Part shown: one piece after another, positions 18,060 through 25,622 of the stretch | Layout: each line of letters starts with the position of its first letter | Position numbering within the stretch: position 1 is the stretch's first letter | The notes under the pieces: generated by a model | The model's input: the letters and a program-made list of their open reading frames with translations, nothing else | Databases searched by the model: none | What the model was told of the DNA's origin: nothing | Source of the DNA: a bacterium | Lineage (GTDB): Bacteria > JALSQH01 | DNA: 37,796 nt | Direction: 5' to 3' | Assembly: GCA_026985515.1 (NCBI GenBank) | Contig: JALSQH010000128.1 | Coordinates: 1 to 37,796 of the forward strand | Translations under genes and position numbers: made by a program

Positions 18060-19195
18060 CCCTTCCTGAATCTTTCCATAAGTTGTACAAACTCTCTAAA
18101 AAGATAGGCTGAATCGTGTGGTCCAGGTGAAGCCTCAGGATGGTACTGAACAGAGAGAATAAATCTGGTATCGTCTCTGATTCCCTCAAGTGTTTTATCG
18201 TTGAGATTGATGTGACTTTTCCTCACACTATCTGGAAGAGTTTCAGTATCAACAGCAAAGCCGTGATTCTGGGCAGTTATTTCAACCTTTCCAGTTTCCA
18301 GATCCATAACCGGCTGATTTGCACCCCTGTGTCCAAACTTCAGCTTGAAGGTTTTTGCTCCAAGGGCTCTGCTCAACAGCTGATGTCCCAGACAGATTCC
18401 AAAAATTGGAACAACCCCGATAAAGTGAGAAATATTTTCCACAATATAATCAAGTGCTGCAGGATCACCAGGACCGTTGGAAAGAAAAATACCATCGGGC
18501 TTCATATCAAGTACTTCCCTGTACGGAGTTGTGGATGGAACCACAAGAACCCTGGCTCCGGCACTCTTTAGTAATCTCAGGATGTTCCTCTTTATACCAA
18601 AATCATATGCAACCACAAAATACTCACCATCTCTTTCAGAGTACTTCCTGTATCCCTTTCCCGGCTCCCACACACCTTCACTCCACCAGTAGGGCTTATC
18701 CGTGGTAACATCCTTAACGAGATCCTGACCACTCATTGGAGGAATCTCTTTTGCCCTCTTTTTCAGCCTATCCACATCCAGATCTGTGGTGGAAATCAAC
18801 CCGGGCATTGCTCCTTCATTTCTTATGTGTCGGGTCAATTTCCTCGTGTCTATTCCCTCAATTGCCACAATTTTGTGCTCCCTGAGCCATTCTCCAAGGG
18901 ATTTTTCTGCCCTGAAGTTGCTGTAATTCTCAAAATATTCCTTGACTATGAAGCCAGCCACCTGAGGATGGTCTGACTCCATGTCCTCACTGTTCACACC
19001 ATAATTTCCAATCTGGGAATAAGTCATTGTTACTATCTGACCCCTGTAGGAGGGATCAGTCAGAATCTCCTGGTAACCGGTGATACTCGTGTTAAAGACA
19101 ACCTCACCCTCTGTATCACCATCATAACCGAAGGAATACCCTTCAAAAACCGTACCATCAGAAAGAACAAGGAGTGCCTTTTTCTTTTTCTTCAT
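18056..19195 (-). CDS. carA: Carbamoyl-phosphate synthase small (glutaminase) subunit
   Basis: 379 aa. Class I glutamine amidotransferase with GICLGHQLL catalytic Cys and a QYHPE-type His/Glu motif. ATGA overlap with pyrC. Confidence 0.95.
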   Translation of the reverse strand: MKKKKKALLVLSDGTVFEGYSFGYDGDTEGEVVFNTSITGYQEILTDPSYRGQIVTMTYSQIGNYGVNSEDMESDHPQVAGFIVKEYFENYSNFRAEKSLGEWLREHKIVAIEGIDTRKLTRHIRNEGAMPGLISTTDLDVDRLKKRAKEIPPMSGQDLVKDVTTDKPYWWSEGVWEPGKGYRKYSERDGEYFVVAYDFGIKRNILRLLKSAGARVLVVPSTTPYREVLDMKPDGIFLSNGPGDPAALDYIVENISHFIGVVPIFGICLGHQLLSRALGAKTFKLKFGHRGANQPVMDLETGKVEITAQNHGFAVDTETLPDSVRKSHINLNDKTLEGIRDDTRFILSVQYHPEASPGPHDSAYLFREFVQLMERFRKG

Positions 19196-20460
19196 AAAAC
19201 CCTGTCCCTGACAATTATGAATTTTTTCTTCCCTTCAAGTTCCCAGCCAATAAAGGGGGAATTTTTACTCTTTGAGAGAATCATGCTCTCTTCAAAAATG
19301 TACTTTTCAAGGGAAAAAACAGTTATGTAGGCAGGTTGACCCTCTGCAATAACTCCTCCATCAAGGCCGAGTATTTTTGCAGGATTTGTGGATAACTTCC
19401 TGAATATCTCCGGCAGAGTGAGAATATTATCCCTCCACAACCTGATAGAAAGGGGAAGAAGCGTTTGAAGACCAATAATACCAAAGGGAGCCTTATCAAA
19501 CTCCACCTCTTTCTCACTTCTTGCATGGGGTGCATGGTCTGTTACTATTGCATCTATGGTACCATCAGCGAGGCCCTCATAGAGAGCCTCAACATCTTCT
19601 TTCGTTCTGAGAGGAGGATTCATCTTGAAATTTGTGTTATATCCGGCTCTGTAGAGATCCTCCTCAGTAAGAGTGAGATGATGAATGGCGACCTCTGCAG
19701 TAACAGGGAATCCCCTCTTTTTTGCCCATCTTATTATCTCAACACTCCCCTTTGTGCTGACATGACATATATGGAGATGGCTTTCAGTGTATCCAGCAAG
19801 GAGAACATCCCTTGCAATCATAACTTCCTCGGCAGTAGAAGGGATTCCGGGCAACCCCATCAGGGTGGATATCCTTCCCTCATTTATCACACCACCTGCA
19901 GAGAGGTTTCTGTCCTCCTCATGTGCTATTATGGGCTTTCCAAAAAGAGAGGCATACTCAAGAGCTCTTCTCATAACTTCAGCATTCTCAACAGGTAATC
20001 CATCATCTGAGAAGCCCACAGCTCCTGCTTCAGCAAGCAGACCCATCTCGGTAAGTGTTTCACCCCTCTGACCTTTAGTAATTGCGGCAACAGGATACAG
20101 CTCTGCAAGTTTCAGGCTCTCTGCTTTGTTAATCATATACTCTGTTACGGAAGGGTCACCATTAACCGGCTTCGTATTTGGCATTGCCGCCACCCTGGTC
20201 ACCCCTCCTGCCACAGCTGCCCTCAATCCACTCTCAATGTCTTCCTTATATTCGTAACCTGGATCTCTCAGATGGACATGCATATCAAAAATGCCAGGAG
20301 CAACATAGGCACCCTCAGCATCAATTACATGCCAGGAAGAATCTGGATGTTCATCAGAAATTCTCCTGATCACACCTTCCTCAATGAAAATATTTGCCCT
20401 CAACAACCTGTCCTTCTCCACATCAATTATGACTCCATTTACCACAGCAATCCGGGTCAT
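19192..20460 (-). CDS. pyrC: Dihydroorotase
   Basis: 422 aa amidohydrolase. DMHVHLRDPG metal-binding motif, a HICHVS block, and VTDHAPH near the C-terminus. Confidence 0.93.
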   Translation of the reverse strand: MTRIAVVNGVIIDVEKDRLLRANIFIEEGVIRRISDEHPDSSWHVIDAEGAYVAPGIFDMHVHLRDPGYEYKEDIESGLRAAVAGGVTRVAAMPNTKPVNGDPSVTEYMINKAESLKLAELYPVAAITKGQRGETLTEMGLLAEAGAVGFSDDGLPVENAEVMRRALEYASLFGKPIIAHEEDRNLSAGGVINEGRISTLMGLPGIPSTAEEVMIARDVLLAGYTESHLHICHVSTKGSVEIIRWAKKRGFPVTAEVAIHHLTLTEEDLYRAGYNTNFKMNPPLRTKEDVEALYEGLADGTIDAIVTDHAPHARSEKEVEFDKAPFGIIGLQTLLPLSIRLWRDNILTLPEIFRKLSTNPAKILGLDGGVIAEGQPAYITVFSLEKYIFEESMILSKSKNSPFIGWELEGKKKFIIVRDRVL

Positions 20461-20481
20461 TCTTAATCTCCATTCAGGTTT

Positions 20482-21363
20482 TTATAACCCATAATAATTT
20501 AAAACCCTAGGAAAAAGATTTAGAAGCTTATAATTGAACACCCAATCCATTTCATACATACTCCTCAATAGTGGATCTTTCATTTTTTTCCACGCAGGAC
20601 CATCGGTAACCCATACAAAAACAATACCATGTTGCTTGGCAACCCTATCCATCTCTAAATAACTTTCAGCAATCGAAATAGGTTTACTACCAGTAACATT
20701 ATAAAAATTGCATTCGATAACAAACCGGGGATAATCTTTAAAATAAATAACTATGTCATGGACTTTCCCTCTCCCTTTACCAATGATAGGATACAGAGAA
20801 AATTGTGGATCATGTTTCACAATTCTTAATTTACTTCCAACCATCTTGCTCAACTTATTCAGACACATTTCTTCAAAAATATTTCCGCTACGGGATTTTC
20901 GGGTGTTTGTATCAATACCTACTTCGACGCCTAAAAGATAATCATGCAAGTCCTTAATTTTATCAAACAAATCTAATATACCAGTTTCCTTACAAAAAAA
21001 TGTAATTTTTTCAATATCGTTGGGGCTAATTTTCTTCTCATCGAACTCAAAAGTAACAAATTCTTCCAACGAAGGATCAAAAATATCAATTATTCCATTT
21101 TTGGCTCTTTCTGCTATTAAAAGAGGAATCACTTTAACAACTTTTGGATATTGCTTCAATAAAAAAAACAAGTGTTTCTCTCTATCTTTTATTCGCACAA
21201 GCGAATTTAAAATCGCTAACTCCGTCGCATAATTTGCTACTTTATTTGCCACTTTATCCCAATCCACAAAGTATTCAAAAGTCTTATTTGTTACAAGAAG
21301 CTTATTAAAAAAATCTTCTACATAAGAATTAAGTGTAGGATAACCAATTTTATCAAATAACAT
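20482..21363 (-). CDS. Type II restriction endonuclease, DpnII/MboI family (predicted GATC)
   Basis: 293 aa. Blocks YPKVVKVIPLLIAER, GVEVGIDTNTRKSRSGNIFEE, VIECNFYNVTGSKPISIAESY and VWVTDGPAW correspond to the conserved blocks of R.DpnII as I remember it. AT-rich relative to its neighbours. Its start overlaps the methyltransferase gene by 11 nt. Confidence 0.75.
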   Translation of the reverse strand: MLFDKIGYPTLNSYVEDFFNKLLVTNKTFEYFVDWDKVANKVANYATELAILNSLVRIKDREKHLFFLLKQYPKVVKVIPLLIAERAKNGIIDIFDPSLEEFVTFEFDEKKISPNDIEKITFFCKETGILDLFDKIKDLHDYLLGVEVGIDTNTRKSRSGNIFEEMCLNKLSKMVGSKLRIVKHDPQFSLYPIIGKGRGKVHDIVIYFKDYPRFVIECNFYNVTGSKPISIAESYLEMDRVAKQHGIVFVWVTDGPAWKKMKDPLLRSMYEMDWVFNYKLLNLFPRVLNYYGL

Positions 21364-22294
21364 TATTCTCCCACCATTTTACACTAAACTTGTATTTTCT
21401 AAAATCCTTATCATCAATAGGCTTTCGGAAAACAAAAATATGTTCATGTGAAATTAAATAAAAATCATACTTTCTACCTCTCCATTTTTCTCTTGTTGCT
21501 TTCATATTCCACTGGAGCTTTATTATGTCTTCTTGAAGAATAAACCCGACATCCAAGAAAACTTGTAATACCCGAAATGCGATAGGTACATAATGCTTAA
21601 ATTTTCTGGTATCTCCAATTAAAATGGCACATATTTTCCCAGGCTTTAAAACCCTAAAAGACTCTTGTGCAACATCCTTCATTCCCTTTAAGTAATCATT
21701 GAAAGACAAATAGGAAAGATCACCAATCATATTTTTTTTCTTTGAATAAGTAATTATGTTCGCATAGGGAGGATGAGTGAGAATTAGGTCTATACTTTCA
21801 TTTTTTATTTTATCCAGCTTTCTCGCATCACCCCAAAAAGTTTTAATAATAGGTTCCTTATACTCAGGGAGAAGAGGATTGTAATAAAAATCAAGCCTGT
21901 TCCTTGCAAGCATCACAGCTTCATAGTTAACATCAACTCCTATGGCATTCCTTTCAAGCAACTTTGCTTCCACTAGTGTAGTTCCACTCCCCATCATTTG
22001 ATCCAATACCCAGTCACCCTTATTAGAATATTTAAGCATTAAATTTCTAGGTATATAGGGGGACCAATTACCTCTATAATTACCTTTATGAGTTGCCCAA
22101 CTACCTCTATCCGGGAAACTCCACACAGTGGTATTTTCTAGCTTATAGTCAGATGGTGGAGAAAAGGTTTTTATATTCCAGTTCTTCTCCAATTTTATTT
22201 TTACTCCTCCAATAGTTACAAACTCGTTTTTCATAAGAAATTTCTTGTAATCTTCTTCCGTTATCTCTATCATTTCTCTTACATTTTTTTCCAT
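21353..22294 (-). CDS. DNA methyltransferase (N6-adenine/N4-cytosine class), presumed cognate of the DpnII-like nuclease
   Basis: 313 aa. SAM-binding motif I VLDQMMGSGTT, then ~60 aa later the catalytic motif IV as DLILTHPPYANI. AAGGAG SD lies 16 nt after the pyrB stop. Target specificity (GATC) is inferred only from the partner nuclease. Confidence 0.72.
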   Translation of the reverse strand: MEKNVREMIEITEEDYKKFLMKNEFVTIGGVKIKLEKNWNIKTFSPPSDYKLENTTVWSFPDRGSWATHKGNYRGNWSPYIPRNLMLKYSNKGDWVLDQMMGSGTTLVEAKLLERNAIGVDVNYEAVMLARNRLDFYYNPLLPEYKEPIIKTFWGDARKLDKIKNESIDLILTHPPYANIITYSKKKNMIGDLSYLSFNDYLKGMKDVAQESFRVLKPGKICAILIGDTRKFKHYVPIAFRVLQVFLDVGFILQEDIIKLQWNMKATREKWRGRKYDFYLISHEHIFVFRKPIDDKDFRKYKFSVKWWENNVI

Positions 22295-22310
22295 ACGAAC
22301 TCCTTTATAG

Positions 22311-23237
22311 TTAACTGCCCTCTCCGCTCAGCAGAGTGTAGAGTATTGCCATCCTGATGGCAACTCCATTGGTGACCTGATTGAAAATCACCGACCTATT
22401 ACCGTAAACCACCTCAGGGGTAAGTTCCACCCCCTGATTTACCGGTCCGGGATGCATAATAATCGCGTCTTCTTTCAAAAGGGAGAGTTTCCAGTGAGAA
22501 AGCCCATAAAATTTTGAATATTCCCTTATGGAGGGAATCAGCAAAGCCGATTGCCGTTCCCTCTGAATTCTCAGCATCATAACAACATCTGCATCCTTAA
22601 CCGCCTCTTCAAGAGTTCTGGCAATCTTCACCCTGTAAGGGGATGGGTCGTAAAACATCACAGTTCTGGGGCCAAAAAGGGTTATCTCTGTATCAAATTT
22701 TGAAAGTCCAATTATGTCAGACCTCGCCACACGGCTGTGAGAAATATCACCCATAATTGTTATTTTCAATCCATCAAGTCCACCTTTGTAATTCCTTATG
22801 GTGTAGAGATCAAGGAGTCCCTGCGTTGGATGCTCATTTATTCCATCACCTGCATTTACCACCGGAACTTCCACCCTTTCTGCAACGAAATGTGGTGCAC
22901 CACTGCTTGAGTGCCGCATAACAATCAGATCCGGACCCATGGCAAGAATGTTTTTAACAGTATCAAGCAATGTTTCACCTTTGGAAATACTGCTTCCACT
23001 GGATGAAAAATTTATTACATCGGCACCAAGATATTTTCCGGCAAGTTCAAAGCTCGTTCTGGTTCTGGTGCTTGGTTCAAAAAAGAGATTGGCAATAACC
23101 TTCCCCCTCAGGGTCGGAACCTTTTTAACAGGCCTCTCAATAATCTTTTTCATCTCGTCAGCAAGATTGAAAAGCTCCTCTATATCCTCCCTTGAAAGAG
23201 GAGAAAGGGAAATGAGATCCTTGGTGGGAATACCCAT
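22311..23237 (-). CDS. pyrB: Aspartate carbamoyltransferase catalytic subunit
   Basis: 308 aa. STRTR carbamoyl-phosphate motif (FFEPSTRTRTSFE), HPTQ motif (NEHPTQGLLD) and HPGP motif (IIMHPGPVNQG). Confidence 0.95.
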   Translation of the reverse strand: MGIPTKDLISLSPLSREDIEELFNLADEMKKIIERPVKKVPTLRGKVIANLFFEPSTRTRTSFELAGKYLGADVINFSSSGSSISKGETLLDTVKNILAMGPDLIVMRHSSSGAPHFVAERVEVPVVNAGDGINEHPTQGLLDLYTIRNYKGGLDGLKITIMGDISHSRVARSDIIGLSKFDTEITLFGPRTVMFYDPSPYRVKIARTLEEAVKDADVVMMLRIQRERQSALLIPSIREYSKFYGLSHWKLSLLKEDAIIMHPGPVNQGVELTPEVVYGNRSVIFNQVTNGVAIRMAILYTLLSGEGS

Positions 23238-23794
23238 TATTTTTTCCTCCAGATAACTACTCTATCCCTTCCGTCCACCTCTTCCAGCTCAACAAGCACC
23301 GCATCCTCCCTCTTCGTTTCAATAACAACTCCTGTATAATCAGGTTGAATGGGCAACTCTCTGTGACCACGATCAACAAGTACTGCCAGTTCAACTCTGG
23401 AAGGTCTCCCATAATCAAATACCACATCAAGGGCAGCCCTTGCAGTTCTACCGGTAAAAATCACATCATCAACAATTATCACCTCTTCCCCCGTTACATC
23501 TGTTACGGGGATCTTGCTCTCCTTCACCTCCGGCCAGTGATGACGATGGGAAAGATCATCCCTGTAAAAAGTTATGTCAATGGTCCCGATGAGTATATCG
23601 GGGGGAGAAGAGAAACGCTTTTTTATTCTTTCAGCAATATAAATTCCCCGGGTTCTCACACCAAGAAGCAAAATTCTCTTTGAATTCCTGTGGCGGGAAA
23701 GAATTTCACGGGAAATATTTTCAATGAATCTTGCGATATCAGAAGATGTGTATATAACTTCTTCCTCGTACCCTTCCGGTAACCTTGACTCCAT
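23237..23794 (-). CDS. pyrR: Bifunctional pyrimidine operon regulator / uracil phosphoribosyltransferase PyrR
   Basis: The track ORF (to 23956) carries a 54-aa N-terminal extension that overlaps the upstream cytochrome gene. The internal ATG at 23792-23794 is preceded by GGAGG at 6 nt. It gives a 185-aa protein colinear with PyrR (LLLGVRTRGIYIAERI, IDITFYRDDL, VIIVDDVIFTGRTARAA, LAVLVDRGHRELPIQPDY). Its TAA overlaps the pyrB ATG. Confidence 0.9.
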   Translation of the reverse strand: MESRLPEGYEEEVIYTSSDIARFIENISREILSRHRNSKRILLLGVRTRGIYIAERIKKRFSSPPDILIGTIDITFYRDDLSHRHHWPEVKESKIPVTDVTGEEVIIVDDVIFTGRTARAALDVVFDYGRPSRVELAVLVDRGHRELPIQPDYTGVVIETKREDAVLVELEEVDGRDRVVIWRKK

Positions 23795-23809
23795 CTCTTG
23801 CCTCCATAC

Positions 23810-23838
23810 AGAATACCACAAGGGAAAGGTGATGTCAA
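23810..23838 (-). promoter_or_regulatory. Putative pyr operon promoter (TTGACA-17-TATTCT with upstream TG)
   Basis: Minus strand: TTGACA (23838-23833), 17-nt spacer ending in TGG, TATTCT (23815-23810). The GGAGG SD and pyrR ATG follow within ~20 nt, which implies a very short leader. Confidence 0.45.
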
Positions 23839-23864
23839 AAAGAGGGAAACTACCTGTTCTCCTC
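23837..23864 (-). terminator. Rho-independent-type terminator straddling the stop codon of the distal multihaem cytochrome gene
   Basis: RNA: GAGGAGAAC (23864-23856), loop AGGUA, GUUUCCCUC (23850-23842), then UUUUU (23841-23837). This is a 9-bp stem with one A.C mismatch. The TAG stop lies at the loop/stem boundary. Confidence 0.45.
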
Positions 23865-25622
23865 CAGTTTATAAACTTTCCATCGCCAGTATTTGTAGCT
23901 TTTGTCGGGATAGAGCAGGATTCTTTTCTCCTTTTTCCCCAATCCCCTCTCTCCATCTTTGTAAAATCCCTTTAACTCAAAGAGGGGATAGAGATCCCAG
24001 GAGGTCAGGCCACCATTTACTCTGTACCTTCTCACACCCATTCCGGCGGTTTTGGGATTCTGGTGACACGATTCACAGCTTCTTCCCCGTAGAGTTACTG
24101 TGTGTGGAGAGTAAACTGCGAAGTAATTTGAAAGCATTTTGCCCGTTACCATGTCTCCATATGAAATGTAAAACTGAAATTCGGGTCTTGCGGGATAGAA
24201 TTTTCCCTTTCTCTCATCGTAACCCAGAGGGGGGTTTTCCCATCTTCTCATCATATATCCATTAAACCAGACGCCGGGGAGTTTTCTCCCTGTGATCCAG
24301 TCAACTCCCATCGTTGCTGGTGGAGGGAAATTGAAACCTTTATCACGCATGTAGAGGAAGAAAAACTGTTTCAACACCCATGGATCTCCCTGAACAAAAT
24401 AATCCTTCCAGTACTCCCAGTCCGGGACGTCCTCCCTGACAAGGTTCCAGCCATAATCCTGCTCCCCCCAGGCAGAGTGACAGGCAACGCAGGAGAGTTT
24501 CTCGTGCCCGGGAATTCTGTGGTAGAGGAGTTTTCTGCTGTACAGTTTCAGAGGGAAAATCTTTCCGGTGACATGAGACTTGAAGAAGTATTTACCCCCC
24601 CTTTTGAACATCCCTCTGTGCCAGAATTCTCCCCCTCCGTGACAGCTCATGCATGATACTTTTACAGCTTCCCTCTTCCATTTCACAGATCTCCCATTCC
24701 CCATGATCTCATTCCTGGTGTGGCAATCGGTACAGTGGAGACCTTTATGAAAATGAATATCGGGAACAAGGTGCAGGTAATCCATTCCATAGATTCCCTC
24801 AATACTTTTCTGATGGGCAAGATCAGCTCTGTATCTCAAATGATAATCACGCGGGTAGAGACCCGAATACTCTCCACCAACAAAATGTCCATGGTGACAG
24901 TGCATGCAGGTGGCAGATGGGATTCTATCTGAAAACTGATGGTAAAGTGGATATCCCCTTTTCCCCTTTAAACTTTTATCCCCTCCCCTGTAAACACCAT
25001 CATTTGCGTAGATAATATGACACGCAGAACATCCCTTTCCCCTCATGAATCCATCAACATCTGGAGGTTTTGAGGAGATATGGCAGATAGCACACTTTCC
25101 CCTGATAAGGGAAATAGCAAGGGCGGTCATATCTTCAGGGTAACTCTCCGGTTCTGGAAGTTTTCTGAAATGTGGAGAGGGGAGGGCAGAATAATTCTCC
25201 CTTTTCCCCGTCAATTGATAGAGAGTTGAATTTATAACCCCTGCAAAGGTGTAGTGGGGAGAAGTTCTCAGATTTTCTATATCCCTCTGATGGCAAACTG
25301 CACATCTTTTCCAGTTATCTGGAGCACCCGGATCAGGAATCAGGTTTCTGTGAGCTTCTTTAAAATTAGATGATTCTGGGTTGCCCCCGTGACACTTAAC
25401 ACAGGAAAAATTATGGTTTTTATCAATTACTTCTATGCCTCTGTGACACTTCACACAATTACCATATTTCTTAACATCGTATTTAACGGCAGGATTCTTT
25501 ACAATTTTAAAATGCTCCATTCCCAGCTCTCTATACCTCCCCAGATGAAAGAGTGGTACAAAATCATATCCAAGGAGAAGCAAAGCAGAGAATCCAGCTA
25601 TGAAAATGATAATTTTCTTCAT
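23850..25622 (-). CDS. Membrane-anchored multihaem c-type cytochrome, 10 CxxCH motifs (MHC-B)
   Basis: Ten CxxCH motifs: CVKCH x2, CAVCH, CAICH, CSACH, CMHCH, CTDCH, CMSCH, CVACH, CESCH. N-terminal hydrophobic helix MKKIIIFIAGFSALLLLGY. I prefer the ATG at 25620-25622 (MKKIII...) over the track start at 25640, because it forms an ATGA overlap with the upstream stop and follows GGGAGG. Paralogous to the upstream cytochrome. Confidence 0.85.
   Translation of the reverse strand: MKKIIIFIAGFSALLLLGYDFVPLFHLGRYRELGMEHFKIVKNPAVKYDVKKYGNCVKCHRGIEVIDKNHNFSCVKCHGGNPESSNFKEAHRNLIPDPGAPDNWKRCAVCHQRDIENLRTSPHYTFAGVINSTLYQLTGKRENYSALPSPHFRKLPEPESYPEDMTALAISLIRGKCAICHISSKPPDVDGFMRGKGCSACHIIYANDGVYRGGDKSLKGKRGYPLYHQFSDRIPSATCMHCHHGHFVGGEYSGLYPRDYHLRYRADLAHQKSIEGIYGMDYLHLVPDIHFHKGLHCTDCHTRNEIMGNGRSVKWKREAVKVSCMSCHGGGEFWHRGMFKRGGKYFFKSHVTGKIFPLKLYSRKLLYHRIPGHEKLSCVACHSAWGEQDYGWNLVREDVPDWEYWKDYFVQGDPWVLKQFFFLYMRDKGFNFPPPATMGVDWITGRKLPGVWFNGYMMRRWENPPLGYDERKGKFYPARPEFQFYISYGDMVTGKMLSNYFAVYSPHTVTLRGRSCESCHQNPKTAGMGVRRYRVNGGLTSWDLYPLFELKGFYKDGERGLGKKEKRILLYPDKSYKYWRWKVYKLEENR

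Noticed and set aside
22346-22363. Perfect 8+8 bp inverted repeat TTGCCATC-CT-GATGGCAA just inside the 3' end of pyrB, near the R-M insertion junction. I considered it as an insertion scar, a recombination site or an internal promoter (TTGCCA-17-TACACT on the minus strand).
   Set aside because: There is no matching repeat at the other junction (20461-20481). It encodes ordinary PyrB C-terminal residues (VAIRMAIL). A 2-nt loop makes a poor hairpin, so it is likely chance. It is worth a look only if related genomes without the cassette differ here.
23865-23957. Possible PyrR-binding attenuator: the mRNA upstream of pyrR contains AUGGAGAGAGGGGAUU (plus-strand 23941-23957), which resembles the UCCAGAGAGG PyrR box, followed ~80 nt later by the terminator hairpin at 23837-23864.
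   Set aside because: The match is imperfect (GGAGAGAGG rather than CCAGAGAGG) and lies inside the coding region of the upstream cytochrome gene. I could not fold a convincing antiterminator alternative. A good TTGACA-17-TATTCT promoter sits downstream of the terminator, giving pyrR a leader too short for attenuation. The hairpin is more simply the terminator of the cytochrome operon. I saw no other PyrR-box-like sequence by eye.
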